Below, in pieces: positions 1 to 9,303 of a stretch of 57,861 nucleotides of DNA. Below the pieces are notes generated by a model. The model saw nothing but the letters and a program-made list of their open reading frames with translations. It did not search any database and was not told the origin of the DNA. The position numbers and the translations under genes are program-made. Every line of letters starts with the position of its first letter. The stretch's first letter is position 1. Source of the DNA: an uncultured Pseudomonadota bacterium (GTDB lineage: Bacteria > Babelota > Babeliae > Babelales > UASB340); NCBI GenBank assembly GCA_964453985.1, contig CAYVQB010000001.1, positions 1-57,861 of the forward strand, in the 5' to 3' direction.

Positions 1-1
1 T

Positions 2-103
2 GAACGTTTATTTGGATTCTTTATTGGCCAAGCTATGAAGTTAACAGAAGGTAAAGCTAATCCTAAGATGTTGCAAGATTTATTTAAAAAGCATTTAAAG
101 TAG
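2..103 (+). CDS. gatB: 3' end of Asp/Glu-tRNA amidotransferase subunit B (GatB/YqeY-type C-terminal tail); the 5' part lies outside the window
   Basis: The frame is open from the window edge and reads [33 protein letters not shown], then TAG at 101-103. GQxMKxTxGKANP is the conserved GatB/YqeY tail motif. Confidence 0.55.
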   Translation, partial: ERLFGFFIGQAMKLTEGKANPKMLQDLFKKHLK

Positions 104-829
104 CTACCTCGTATACAAGGGTCTCTTAACCTTGCAATCTTTGCAATGTTTTTCAATTCGCTCAAAAGCCTCTTGAACATCACTTGTAACAGATACAAGA
201 TCAACGTCTTTTCGATTTATTAAGCCCTGTTTTAAGGGGCGAGTTTTTAGCCAATCCATAACAGGCTCCCAAAAACGATTATCCATCAAAATTATTGGGA
301 GCTTTGGCATTTTATAGGTTTTTTCTAAGGTTACAATCTCAAACAACTCATCCAAAGTTCCAAAACCACCCGGAAAAACTATGAACCCAACAGAATATCT
401 TACAAGCAACCATTTCCTTGTAAAAAAATGTTTCATATATATTTTTTCATGAACATATGGATTTACCACTTCTTCTTTAAAACTTGTAAGCGTTATACCC
501 AAAGAAGTCATTGAAAACTTTTTTTTACTATTTTTCAAACCCATCTCTTTTGCTGCATCATAAGCACCTTGATTTGCAGCTTGCATAATACCTTGGCCGC
601 CACCTGTAATTATAGAGTAACCGGCCAGGGTTAATTGCCTTGCTATCTCATATGCTCTTTTTGCATGAAAACTATCTTTTTCTACAGCGTTACCCCCGAA
701 AATTGTTATTGCAGGCTGTGGAAGTTTTGTTAGTTTCCACATACCCCAAATCAAACGTCCATTGGTTAAAAATAAGGTTTTTAAAAATTTTAAATATTCT
801 CTTATTCGTCTAAACATACCTTCTCCCAC
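104..829 (-). CDS. LOG-family (TIGR00730, lysine-decarboxylase-like) nucleotide 5'-monophosphate phosphoribohydrolase
   Basis: Carries both LOG signatures, GGGQGIM and PGGFGTLDELFE. Position 829 is a GTG start; the ATG at 817 is equally plausible. Confidence 0.8.
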   Translation of the reverse strand: MGEGMFRRIREYLKFLKTLFLTNGRLIWGMWKLTKLPQPAITIFGGNAVEKDSFHAKRAYEIARQLTLAGYSIITGGGQGIMQAANQGAYDAAKEMGLKNSKKKFSMTSLGITLTSFKEEVVNPYVHEKIYMKHFFTRKWLLVRYSVGFIVFPGGFGTLDELFEIVTLEKTYKMPKLPIILMDNRFWEPVMDWLKTRPLKQGLINRKDVDLVSVTSDVQEAFERIEKHCKDCKVKRPLYTR

Positions 830-835
830 CCATAT

Positions 836-1681
836 CTATAAAAGTCTTTTTACTTGTTCAAACTCCATACCATCCAAAACTATCTTTGCAATAACGTCAC
901 AAAATTTTATAGCATCATCTAATTTATTCTGATAAATATTTCTACCAATAGCACAACCAGAAGTTCCACCAATTTTCATTTGATAATAAAGTCTCTCTAA
1001 GAATAATTTCTTATCTGTTTCTTTTTTACCACCAGAACAAACAACTCCGGTTTTACCAGCAGCCATAGTCGCCTGTTTTAATAAATACGCACTCTCTGTT
1101 ATATCTTTGGCTTTTGGAGGATTCACCTTTACAAAGTCTGCACCTAATGCGGCACCTACGCCTGCAGCTCCTGCAATTATATTTGGATCAAAATCATCTT
1201 TAACAGCCTCGCCTCTTGGGTATATCCATAAAACTGCTAATAAGCCATTTTGATGCGCTTTATAAATAGACTGTGCAGCCTGGTATAACATTTGAGATTC
1301 ATACTTACTACCAAGATAAATTGTGTAACCAATACCTATTATTGGAATATTTGTATCATTTTTAAATTCTACAACTTGATCAACACTATTTAATAGAAGA
1401 CTTATTGGATCAGCTTGCTTTGTTGTTACAAGATCTGTTTTGGAATTAAGCTTTACAATATAATTTATATTTTCAAAATCTCGTGCATAAGATTCTATCA
1501 GGCCTAGCTGTGTTGCAAAGGCACTGATTCTGGCTTTACTTGCGATCTCAAATAAATACTTAGGATCAGCGCACTCGGATGGAATATCTTTACCATAAAA
1601 ATCTTTGTTTAGATGTTCTATTTTTTGATCACCAGCAAAAAGAAATAGTTTTTTTAATTTTTCTCTTTTTATTTGTTCCAT
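836..1681 (-). CDS. Class I (DhnA/FbaB-type, DeoC/LacD superfamily) fructose-bisphosphate aldolase-like protein
   Basis: ORF from ATG 1681 with a GGAG Shine-Dalgarno just upstream (the track start at 1693 is a TTG). Shows the candidate Schiff-base lysine context GADFVKVNPP, a YPRG motif and a Gly-rich C-terminal phosphate-binding region (SGGKK, GCAIGRN). Confidence 0.65.
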   Translation of the reverse strand: MEQIKREKLKKLFLFAGDQKIEHLNKDFYGKDIPSECADPKYLFEIASKARISAFATQLGLIESYARDFENINYIVKLNSKTDLVTTKQADPISLLLNSVDQVVEFKNDTNIPIIGIGYTIYLGSKYESQMLYQAAQSIYKAHQNGLLAVLWIYPRGEAVKDDFDPNIIAGAAGVGAALGADFVKVNPPKAKDITESAYLLKQATMAAGKTGVVCSGGKKETDKKLFLERLYYQMKIGGTSGCAIGRNIYQNKLDDAIKFCDVIAKIVLDGMEFEQVKRLL

Positions 1682-1886
1682 TTTAATCTCCAAAAAACTT
1701 AATTAATAACTTCTATGTAATTTATTGTTTTAGTGAAACAAAACACAATACATTCATAATATAATACTCATAATAAATTTAATTATTATTAAATTATATT
1801 TAATTGACAGAACAAGCATTATTTAATAATTTTATCTCTCACAATGTATCTATAAATATATAAACCAAAATTAGGAACTTAGTATT

Positions 1887-2318
1887 ATGATCTCAAAAAA
1901 AATATTTTTATTTTTAATACTTTTAACAACAAGCTTTAGCGCTTACTCAATGGAAGAAGAAATAACGCCTACAAGCTTAGAATATGGTTATATAGAAAAC
2001 ACTTGTCCCGAATGCCATGAATCATCTTATTATTATGAAAAAGATTTTTTAGAATGTTTTAACCTAAACAAACTAGAAGAAGTTCCGGTAGATTCAATAA
2101 ACTATAGTCGTACAATATGTCCAATACGTAACACATGCAAACATTGCTTACGTTATTTAGAAGAGAAAGATGCAAGCTCAGATTCTAAAGAAGACCAAGA
2201 ACCAGAAATAAGAAATAAAAGAGTAACAAATAAATATTATCACAAAGTAAAACGTGTTAAAAAATTAAGAAAAAGAAATAAGCCAAAAACACCTAAAATT
2301 CATAGCTCAAAAAAATAA
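1887..2318 (+). CDS. Small secreted protein with a CxxC...CxxC zinc-ribbon-like Cys pattern and a very basic NLS-like C-terminal tail
   Basis: N-terminal signal peptide (MISKKIFLFLILLTTSFSAYS); CPEC...C...CPIRNTCKHC cysteine pattern; tail KRVTNKYYHKVKRVKKLRKRNKPKTPK. No family was recognised. Confidence 0.6.
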   Translation: MISKKIFLFLILLTTSFSAYSMEEEITPTSLEYGYIENTCPECHESSYYYEKDFLECFNLNKLEEVPVDSINYSRTICPIRNTCKHCLRYLEEKDASSDSKEDQEPEIRNKRVTNKYYHKVKRVKKLRKRNKPKTPKIHSSKK

Positions 2319-2325
2319 TATGAAT

Positions 2326-3300
2326 TTAAGATCTTCGTAAGTCAACACTTGAAGACTTTCTTGACATAGGTCTTGATTTTAACGGCGTCACACTTCGACT
2401 CGCACTACGACTTATATTTTTTGAATTTGTACGTGAACCATAAAGCCTGTCTTGACAGGCTTTTCTTTCTTTATTTTTTTTTAACAAATTTAATTTGGTT
2501 TTTTGATTTAACCAGAAATTAATTTTTTTATCATATATATAAGAAGACCTACTTGAATAAATTTTATCTTTATTTTCGATCAAAAAGTTAAGCCTACCAT
2601 CAACAACCTTCTCTGCTGAATCAAGACATACCCTGGCCCCATTCATAAGTAAATAGTCAATCACGATAAATCTAAGACTGTTTAACTCCTCAGAAATACC
2701 AAACTTTTCATCAGAGTATACTACACAGTCTAAGGCAGTTAGACCGTCATAGTTATGATGCCAAATATAAGCTTCAAAATTTTTAACCAGCATTTGAACC
2801 ATAAATAGATTATACTGGTATGCTGCAAACATAAGGGGTGAGAATAAAGGCTCTCTATTGGGGTGCTTAGATGGAAACTCTTCTTTTAATTCAGGACAAG
2901 AACATAAAAAATTAACTTCTAATTTTTGGTTAATACTAGAACTCTTTTGTAATAAATAAGATACCTCAAGAAAATCTCTACTCAGTATTGCATAATACAT
3001 TGGTGGGTGCACAATTTCAATTGGATTACCTAGAGCCTGTGGATACTTGTTTTCAGGAATATTAAAACTAAGACTTAAATTTTCTTGAATAAAAAAATCA
3101 ACCACAGATTTAAAGCGATCAATATCTTGGAAACTATATTTAAACATGCTCTCAAGTTTAATATAGTCCGTATAATTTTTTATATCGTCACAAGACTCTA
3201 TGCCAGGCTCCATCTGCGCCCACAAATCACACTCATCTTCCATCATAAAAATGTTTTTAGAAAATAATAGAATAATAAAGAATATATATATTTTTTTCAT
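2326..3300 (-). CDS. Secreted ankyrin-repeat-like protein with a Ser/Arg-rich C-terminal tail
   Basis: Signal peptide MKKIYIFFIILLFSKNIF. ANK-like segments (SPLMFAAYQYNLFMVQMLVKN, DGLTALDCVV...LLMNGARV). Tail SRTNSKNISRSASRSVTPLKSRPMSRKSSSVDLRRS. Strong GGGGGGAGAAGGAA Shine-Dalgarno region upstream. Confidence 0.65.
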   Translation of the reverse strand: MKKIYIFFIILLFSKNIFMMEDECDLWAQMEPGIESCDDIKNYTDYIKLESMFKYSFQDIDRFKSVVDFFIQENLSLSFNIPENKYPQALGNPIEIVHPPMYYAILSRDFLEVSYLLQKSSSINQKLEVNFLCSCPELKEEFPSKHPNREPLFSPLMFAAYQYNLFMVQMLVKNFEAYIWHHNYDGLTALDCVVYSDEKFGISEELNSLRFIVIDYLLMNGARVCLDSAEKVVDGRLNFLIENKDKIYSSRSSYIYDKKINFWLNQKTKLNLLKKNKERKACQDRLYGSRTNSKNISRSASRSVTPLKSRPMSRKSSSVDLRRS

Positions 3301-3405
3301 TTCCTTCTCCCCCCAGAGAATTGCCCCTAAAAATGTCCCTTATTTACTTAATTAGTAAACCCTAATTAAACCTTAAAAATCAAGAGTTTAATATTGTTGC
3401 CAGAC

Positions 3406-3738
3406 CTAGAATAAATCGTTATCATCCTCTAACATGTCTTGCGCACATTTATAAACCCTAAATTCTCTCTGTAATTTGGCTATATCAATAATACCGGTCT
3501 TACCTTTTTTACACTCTGGGCATACCACAAAAGAATCCTTAATACAACTAGGCGACAATCGTTCAAAGAAACATTTTTTATGCATAACATGTTTACAATC
3601 AAAAATCATTAGTTCTTCTAAAGGTTTTCTCGTTTTGCAATAAAAACACTTTTGAACTCTGTTAACTCTCTGCATGCCAAAAGCAACCTGGATAGTCATA
3701 ACGCAAAAAACAAAAATAATAATATTTCTTAAACTCAC
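3406..3738 (-). CDS. Small membrane-anchored or secreted RING-H2 zinc-finger protein (candidate E3 ubiquitin-ligase-like effector)
   Basis: N-terminal hydrophobic segment, then C31-x2-C-x13-C-x-H-x2-H-x2-C-x16-C-x2-C76. This is an exact fit to the RING-H2 spacing rule. GTG start. Confidence 0.65.
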   Translation of the reverse strand: MSLRNIIIFVFCVMTIQVAFGMQRVNRVQKCFYCKTRKPLEELMIFDCKHVMHKKCFFERLSPSCIKDSFVVCPECKKGKTGIIDIAKLQREFRVYKCAQDMLEDDNDLF

Positions 3739-3874
3739 AATAAACCCTTATTAAAATTCAAATTTTATAAATAAAAGACAAGTATATATAAGTCAAAATA
3801 CTTGTAAAACCATTTCAAAATTATTTATTAATGATACTGATAAATAAAAATAAAAAAATAGGGGATTTAAAAAT

Positions 3875-6454
3875 ATGAAATTTTATCAACAAACAATCGA
3901 ACAAGTAGTAAAAAGCTTAAACACAAATACTCATGACGGGCTGACACAAGAAGAAGTAAAAAAACGATTACAAAAATATGGGCCAAACAGTATTCCGGAA
4001 AAAAAGCCAACTAGCGCTTTTATAATATTTTTAAAACAGTTTACAAGTCCATTGATGTTCATATTACTCATAGCATCAGTATTAAGTGTTATTATAAATG
4101 AACCTGGCGATGCAATCGTTATAATGATTGCAGTAGTAGTAAACGTAATAATTGGCTTCTTTCAAGAATATAAAGCTCAGAAAGCAGCACTCTCTTTAAA
4201 ATCTTATGAGGTTCCTCATTGCTATGCAAAAAGAAACGGTAAAATAGCTTTTATAAAATCAAGAGACTTGGTTCCAGGTGATATTATTGTACTTTCAGCA
4301 GGAACAAGAATCCCTGCCGATGCAAGATTAACCAATGTCATAGATTTTGAAGTTGAAGAAGCAATTCTAACAGGAGAAGCAAACCCTGTAATAAAAAATA
4401 CTATGCACATAGACCAAAAAGTCTCTGTTGGAGATAGAACAAATATGGGTTTTGCAGGAACCTATGTTCTGCGCGGTAAAGCAGAAGGCATAGTTGTAAA
4501 TACGGGTGCAGATAGTTACTTGGGCCAAATAGCACAACTTGTAACATCAACAAAAGAACATTCCACACCTCTGCAAGAACAAATAAAAAAATTAAGCTGG
4601 TGGCTGGGTGCAATACTCTTAGGGATCACAACTCTTGTTGCAATTTTAGGGTTAATAAAAGGTATGCATTTTCATGAGATTTTTATGATCAGTATAGCCT
4701 TGGCAGTTGCTGCAATACCAGAAGGCCTGCTTGTAGCAGTAACAGTAATCCTGGCCATAGGTATGCAAAGAATGTTAAAGCGTCACGCATTAGTACGTCA
4801 CCTAGTTGCAGCAGAAACTTTGGGCAGCGTATCTGTAATTTGTACAGATAAAACAGGAACCCTCACAAAAGGACACATGCAGGTCACGCAAATAGTTACA
4901 GAAGATCATGATATAAAAATGGTGAAGCAAACAAGTATACCGGAACAGATAGAAAATATACTCACACTTACAACACTAAATAACGATGCACAAATAGAAC
5001 GAGAAGATTCAAAAAAGAATATAGGCCATCCAACGGAAATAGCATTACTGCAAGCAGCAAACGACCTTAATATCGATACTAATAATATTCGTCAAAAATA
5101 TGAACGTATAAATGAAATTCCATTTTCTTCTAATTTAAAATATATGGCAACAGTACATAAAATGAACGGGCATGAAAAATTAATAGTAAAAGGCGCACCT
5201 GAAAAAATCTTTGCCATGTGTGATGCACAAGACAATATAGAAAGATTTAAAAGATTAGCAGACAAAATGGCAAGTGACGGTTTACGAATTTTAGCCGTTG
5301 CCACAAAGACAACTGAAAAAATAGATCTTAAAAAAGACTTATATGGTTTAGATTGCATAGGATTAATTGGCATTCAAGATCCATTAAGAAGCCAGGCTGT
5401 AAGTACTGTAAAAGAATTACAGAAAGCTGGAATTCGTATAATTTTAGTTACAGGCGATCATAAAGATACGGCAACTAGTATTGGTAGAAGTGCAGGAATA
5501 AGTAATCACAAAAACATTACCGTTACTGGACCAGAGCTAGACAAAATGTCTGACGAACAACTTGATAAAGAAATTCATGATATCGATATTTTTGCACGAG
5601 TTGATCCAAGACATAAAATTAGAATAGTTCGCTCTTGGCAAAAGGCGGGTAACGCTGTTGCAATGACTGGTGACGGCGTTAATGATGCACCGGCACTAAA
5701 AGCCGCTGACATAGGTGTTGCACTAGGTTCAGGATCTGATGTAGCGCACGAGGTCTCTGACATGGTGATATTGGATGATAACCTTTCAACTATTGATATG
5801 GCCGTAAAGGAAGGGCGTGTTATCTTTGATAATTTGAGAAAAGTTATCACCTATCTTATGACAGATAGTTTTTGTGAAATTATTTTAGTAGCAGGTGCTT
5901 TATTAGTAGGACTACCAATTCCTATTCTTGCTACTCAAATTTTATGGATCAATCTACTCTCTGATGGCCTACCTTATTTAGCATTGACTGTTGAGCCTGC
6001 AGAACCTGAGGTTATGCAGGAAAAACCAAGAGCAAAAAATGAACCTATTTTAAATAAAGAAATGAAGATATTAATTTTCTTGATTGGTATAATCACAGAT
6101 ATCGGACTCTTTGGACTTTTTATAGCTCTATTAAAACTTAATTTTAATTTAGAACATACTCGCACAATTATATTTACCGCTGCATCTATTAATTCACTTT
6201 TTTATGTATTTGCTGTCCGTAGCTTTAGAAAATCTTTATTTCAAATGAATCCATTTTCTAATCACTGGTTGAATGCTGCAGTTATTGGTGGATTTATTAT
6301 GCAACTTGCTGTTGTTTATTTACCACCATTACAAAGTTTATTTTCTACAGTATCACTTAACTTTTTTGAATGGGTTATTATTTTTGGACTAGCATCAATT
6401 AAACTTGTAGCAATTGAAATTACAAAAAAGTTTTTTATAATAAATAAAAACTAA
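3875..6454 (+). CDS. P-type (P2, Ca2+-type) cation-transporting ATPase
   Basis: DKTGTLT phosphorylation site, PEGLLV ion-gate motif, TGDGVNDAPALKAADIG hinge, and an N-terminal cation-ATPase-N segment (GLTQEEVKKRLQKYGPN). 859 aa with about 10 TM segments. Confidence 0.9.
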   Translation: MKFYQQTIEQVVKSLNTNTHDGLTQEEVKKRLQKYGPNSIPEKKPTSAFIIFLKQFTSPLMFILLIASVLSVIINEPGDAIVIMIAVVVNVIIGFFQEYKAQKAALSLKSYEVPHCYAKRNGKIAFIKSRDLVPGDIIVLSAGTRIPADARLTNVIDFEVEEAILTGEANPVIKNTMHIDQKVSVGDRTNMGFAGTYVLRGKAEGIVVNTGADSYLGQIAQLVTSTKEHSTPLQEQIKKLSWWLGAILLGITTLVAILGLIKGMHFHEIFMISIALAVAAIPEGLLVAVTVILAIGMQRMLKRHALVRHLVAAETLGSVSVICTDKTGTLTKGHMQVTQIVTEDHDIKMVKQTSIPEQIENILTLTTLNNDAQIEREDSKKNIGHPTEIALLQAANDLNIDTNNIRQKYERINEIPFSSNLKYMATVHKMNGHEKLIVKGAPEKIFAMCDAQDNIERFKRLADKMASDGLRILAVATKTTEKIDLKKDLYGLDCIGLIGIQDPLRSQAVSTVKELQKAGIRIILVTGDHKDTATSIGRSAGISNHKNITVTGPELDKMSDEQLDKEIHDIDIFARVDPRHKIRIVRSWQKAGNAVAMTGDGVNDAPALKAADIGVALGSGSDVAHEVSDMVILDDNLSTIDMAVKEGRVIFDNLRKVITYLMTDSFCEIILVAGALLVGLPIPILATQILWINLLSDGLPYLALTVEPAEPEVMQEKPRAKNEPILNKEMKILIFLIGIITDIGLFGLFIALLKLNFNLEHTRTIIFTAASINSLFYVFAVRSFRKSLFQMNPFSNHWLNAAVIGGFIMQLAVVYLPPLQSLFSTVSLNFFEWVIIFGLASIKLVAIEITKKFFIINKN

Positions 6455-7188
6455 TAAGTAGCACCATAAGAAGTCAAAATTGTATGTGCAGCAAAATTGC
6501 CTTCGTTACCCGCTATCTTTAATGGAGTTATATAAGGGGGTTGTGGATTAAAGTTTAAATCTAAATCAACAGAGTTTTTAATTAATAAAGATAAAATGCC
6601 CCAACCAGGCTTAATATGTATTGCTTCGATTAAGGGAGTTGTAACAAAATATTCATTCCTAGAAAGATCATCATCAAAAACAACAGGGCAAGTGTGACTG
6701 CGAATACAATTTACATCAATAGGATATGCAGTTAAAGAAAGCATATATTCAATAATAACTTTTCGTTTGCAAGCGTTTTTAAAACATGCCCTTAAAGTTT
6801 TATTCTTTTTACTCTTTCTTTCAAATTCATTATATGGAAACATACTATCAATACGCATCAATTCCATTGCAAAATGAAAAGGGGTAACTCCGCTATCTGG
6901 ATCCTGAAAATTAAAATCAAAGAACCTACTAAAGCTTTTAATTTTAATAATACTAGCATTTCTAATGGCTTCAAAAACTTGTTCTTCCCTACCCAAGTCC
7001 ATGGAAAATAATTTTTTCTCTATAAAACCAAATAAAAAAGCTACTATAAAAATAAATTTGAATAATATTTTGCAATCTTGCATCTCAAAAAAATATACCA
7101 ATCTTAAAGTTTTTCCAATAACCATAAATAATATACTGAATTGTTTTTTTGAATTAATTTCTTTTTCTAAGTTTTTTCTTGACATCAA
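6451..7188 (-). CDS. Hypothetical secreted/membrane protein with ankyrin-like repeats
   Basis: ANK-like TPxH/TPL motifs (VTPFHFAMEL, TTPLIEAIH, ITPLKIAGNEGNFAAHTILTSYGA). A signal-like segment follows Met36, so ATG 7083 is a plausible true start. Confidence 0.5.
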   Translation of the reverse strand: MMSRKNLEKEINSKKQFSILFMVIGKTLRLVYFFEMQDCKILFKFIFIVAFLFGFIEKKLFSMDLGREEQVFEAIRNASIIKIKSFSRFFDFNFQDPDSGVTPFHFAMELMRIDSMFPYNEFERKSKKNKTLRACFKNACKRKVIIEYMLSLTAYPIDVNCIRSHTCPVVFDDDLSRNEYFVTTPLIEAIHIKPGWGILSLLIKNSVDLDLNFNPQPPYITPLKIAGNEGNFAAHTILTSYGATY

Positions 7189-7276
7189 AAAGACAGATTG
7201 TTAGTCTCTTGCAAGACCAAACAATTATTAAAAAACATTTGAAATATAATACAAAAAATTTAAAGAGTCCCTAAAT

Positions 7277-7345
7277 GAACAATACAAAAAGTATTGTTCG
7301 CCCCCCCAACCCTCCAACTTGTCCTAAGTTGGAGGGAATTTTTTT
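7277..7345. terminator. Two adjacent perfect stem-loops: a 9-bp AT-rich stem, then an 11-bp GC-rich stem followed by a T-run on the + strand
   Basis: GAACAATAC-aaaaa-GTATTGTTC (7277-7299); C7 tract; CCCTCCAACTT-gtcct-AAGTTGGAGGG (7310-7336), then AATTTTTTT. It sits between two minus-strand genes, so the strand of action is ambiguous. Confidence 0.5.
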
Positions 7346-7372
7346 GTTTCTATGTTAAAAAAATTCCCAATT

Positions 7373-7807
7373 TTATTTTTCGCAAACGATTTGGCTAGAA
7401 GGGCCTTCAAGAACTTTATCATGAACATCAAAAACAGCTGTAACCATATAACAGTTACAATATTTTTGTTCTTCATAATCTTTTTGAAAGATAGATTTAT
7501 CTAAAAAGACGTTATCTGTAGTAACAATTTTATTTAATGGCTTTTTTGGAACAATGGAAGCTCGAACCAATCTATAAACATTATAACCAAGAAGTTGCTC
7601 TTCTTTTTTTTCAGACAAAACAGGTTGCCAAGAAATTTTGTTACCATCTTTATTTTTTTCTACGTTAACATGCTTAACATAGGGCAAAGATAATTTGTTA
7701 ACTTTGACAACTGGTTTAGATTCAGGAAAATAAAATATATCCTTTTGTTTTCGTCCACAAGAAATCATGAACAAAAAAAAAGAACATGTAAAAAAGATTT
7801 TTTTCAC
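7373..7807 (-). CDS. Lipoprotein with an FN3-like segment, start overlapping the atpA stop
   Basis: Lipobox-like FMISC|G after MKKIFFTCSFFL. ISWQPV...GYNVYRL resembles an FN3 strand pattern. The GTG start overlaps the atpA TGA stop (GTGA). Confidence 0.6.
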   Translation of the reverse strand: MKKIFFTCSFFLFMISCGRKQKDIFYFPESKPVVKVNKLSLPYVKHVNVEKNKDGNKISWQPVLSEKKEEQLLGYNVYRLVRASIVPKKPLNKIVTTDNVFLDKSIFQKDYEEQKYCNCYMVTAVFDVHDKVLEGPSSQIVCEK

Positions 7808-9303
7808 GATATAACTTTAAACTCTTCTACTGCTTTTTTAAGCTTAGTTATAGTTTGTTCATCTAAATCTTGTGTATTAAAAATATGTTCATAAACACTA
7901 AGCATTGTGCCTTTTACATAGCTTGCAAATTTTACAGAAAAGTCTTTAACGTGATCAATTTCTAGATCATCCAAATAATTCTCTTTTAACAAGAATAAAA
8001 ATATAGCCTGATCAACAAAAGAATAAGTTTCATACTCTGGTTGCTTTAAAATTTCTATAGCTCTACGGCCTCTATTTAATGCCTCCTGGCTAGCTCTATC
8101 AAGCTCTGAACCAAATTGAGCAAAAGCCAACAGTTCATTATATTGAGCTAATTCTAATTTTAAAGTGCCTGCGACTTTTTTTATTGCTTTAGTTTGAGCT
8201 GCACCACCAACACGAGATACAGATAAACCGATATTAACAGCTGGCCTTATACCTTGGTTAAACAAATTTGTATCAAGAATAATTTGCCCATCTGTTATAG
8301 AAATTAAGTTTGTTGGAATGTAAGCAGAAATATCATCACCCTGAGTTTGCGCCAAAGGTAATGCTGTAAGAGATCCTCCGCCAAGCTGTGCATTAAACTT
8401 ACAAGCTCGTTCCAATAAACGTGAGTGAATATAGAAAATATCACCGGGATATGCTTCGCGGCCAGGCGGACGTCTTAAGAGTAACGACAATTCTCTATAA
8501 GCAATAGCATGCTTAGTTAAATCATCATATATGATTAAGACATCTTTACCTTGATTCATAAAGAATTCACCAATGGAACATCCAGTATAAGGTGCAAGAT
8601 ATTGATTTAGCGATGTCTCTTTTGCATCAGCATCTACAATAATTGTATAATCAAGGGCACCTTTTTTTTCAAGGTGATATAGAATCTTTGCAACATTTGA
8701 TTGCTTATGACCAATTGATACATAAATACATATTACATCTTTATCTTTTTGATTACAGATGGTGTCAAGAACCATAGAAGTTTTTCCGGTACTTCTGTTC
8801 CCTATAATCAACTCTCTTTGGCCTTTCCCTATTGGGAATAAGGCGTCAATAACGGTTATGCCCGTCTGCAATGGCTGGTTAATAGGAGTCCTTGCAATGA
8901 TACCTGGAGCTATACGCTCTATAGAAAATTTTTCTTCAAATTCAATAGGACCTAACGCATCAATAGGTCTTCCAAGCGCATCAATAACACGGCCTAATAA
9001 CTTTGGACCAACAGGAACCCTGAAAACATCTCCAGTTCTTTTTGCAACTTCCTGTTCTACAACCCCAATGGTAGTCTCAAGCAAAACAACCGAGACATAG
9101 TCCTCATCCAAATCTAAAACAATCCCTTGAGCTCCACGCTCAAATTCAATTAACTCACCATAAACGGCATTTGTTAGGCCATAAACCTTACAAACAGTGT
9201 CTCCGAATTTTATAACTGTACCAACCTCTTCTAATTTTTCTTGAGGTTGGGCACTTAATGCACGCTCAAGTAAGGAAATAATATCTGTTTCTTTTTCTAC
9301 CAT
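7804..9303 (-). CDS. atpA: F1 ATP synthase subunit alpha
   Basis: 499 aa with full-length alpha-subunit similarity. P-loop GNRSTGKTS; conserved blocks such as REAYPGDIFYIHSRLLERA and VSRVGGAAQ. Confidence 0.95.
   Translation of the reverse strand: MVEKETDIISLLERALSAQPQEKLEEVGTVIKFGDTVCKVYGLTNAVYGELIEFERGAQGIVLDLDEDYVSVVLLETTIGVVEQEVAKRTGDVFRVPVGPKLLGRVIDALGRPIDALGPIEFEEKFSIERIAPGIIARTPINQPLQTGITVIDALFPIGKGQRELIIGNRSTGKTSMVLDTICNQKDKDVICIYVSIGHKQSNVAKILYHLEKKGALDYTIIVDADAKETSLNQYLAPYTGCSIGEFFMNQGKDVLIIYDDLTKHAIAYRELSLLLRRPPGREAYPGDIFYIHSRLLERACKFNAQLGGGSLTALPLAQTQGDDISAYIPTNLISITDGQIILDTNLFNQGIRPAVNIGLSVSRVGGAAQTKAIKKVAGTLKLELAQYNELLAFAQFGSELDRASQEALNRGRRAIEILKQPEYETYSFVDQAIFLFLLKENYLDDLEIDHVKDFSVKFASYVKGTMLSVYEHIFNTQDLDEQTITKLKKAVEEFKVIS

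Noticed and set aside
3301-3340. C-rich tract (ctccccccagag) between the ankyrin-like gene and the RING gene
   Set aside because: On the coding (minus) strand it reads GGGGGGAGAAGGAA directly before the ATG of 2326-3300. It is therefore simply a strong Shine-Dalgarno region.
4222-6165. Five short minus-strand ORFs (4222-4410, 4401-4613, 5092-5373, 5575-5850, 5974-6165) inside the P-type ATPase gene
   Set aside because: They are entirely nested antisense to a strongly supported 859-aa gene, with no motifs. They are typical shadow ORFs.
8750-8780. Non-canonical P-loop in atpA (GNRSTGKTS instead of GDRQTGKT)
   Set aside because: The alpha subunit is non-catalytic and this loop varies among lineages. 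It is not enough on its own to claim altered function.
8759-9100. 113-aa + strand ORF inside atpA
   Set aside because: It is antisense to a conserved gene, and its low-complexity translation has no start context.
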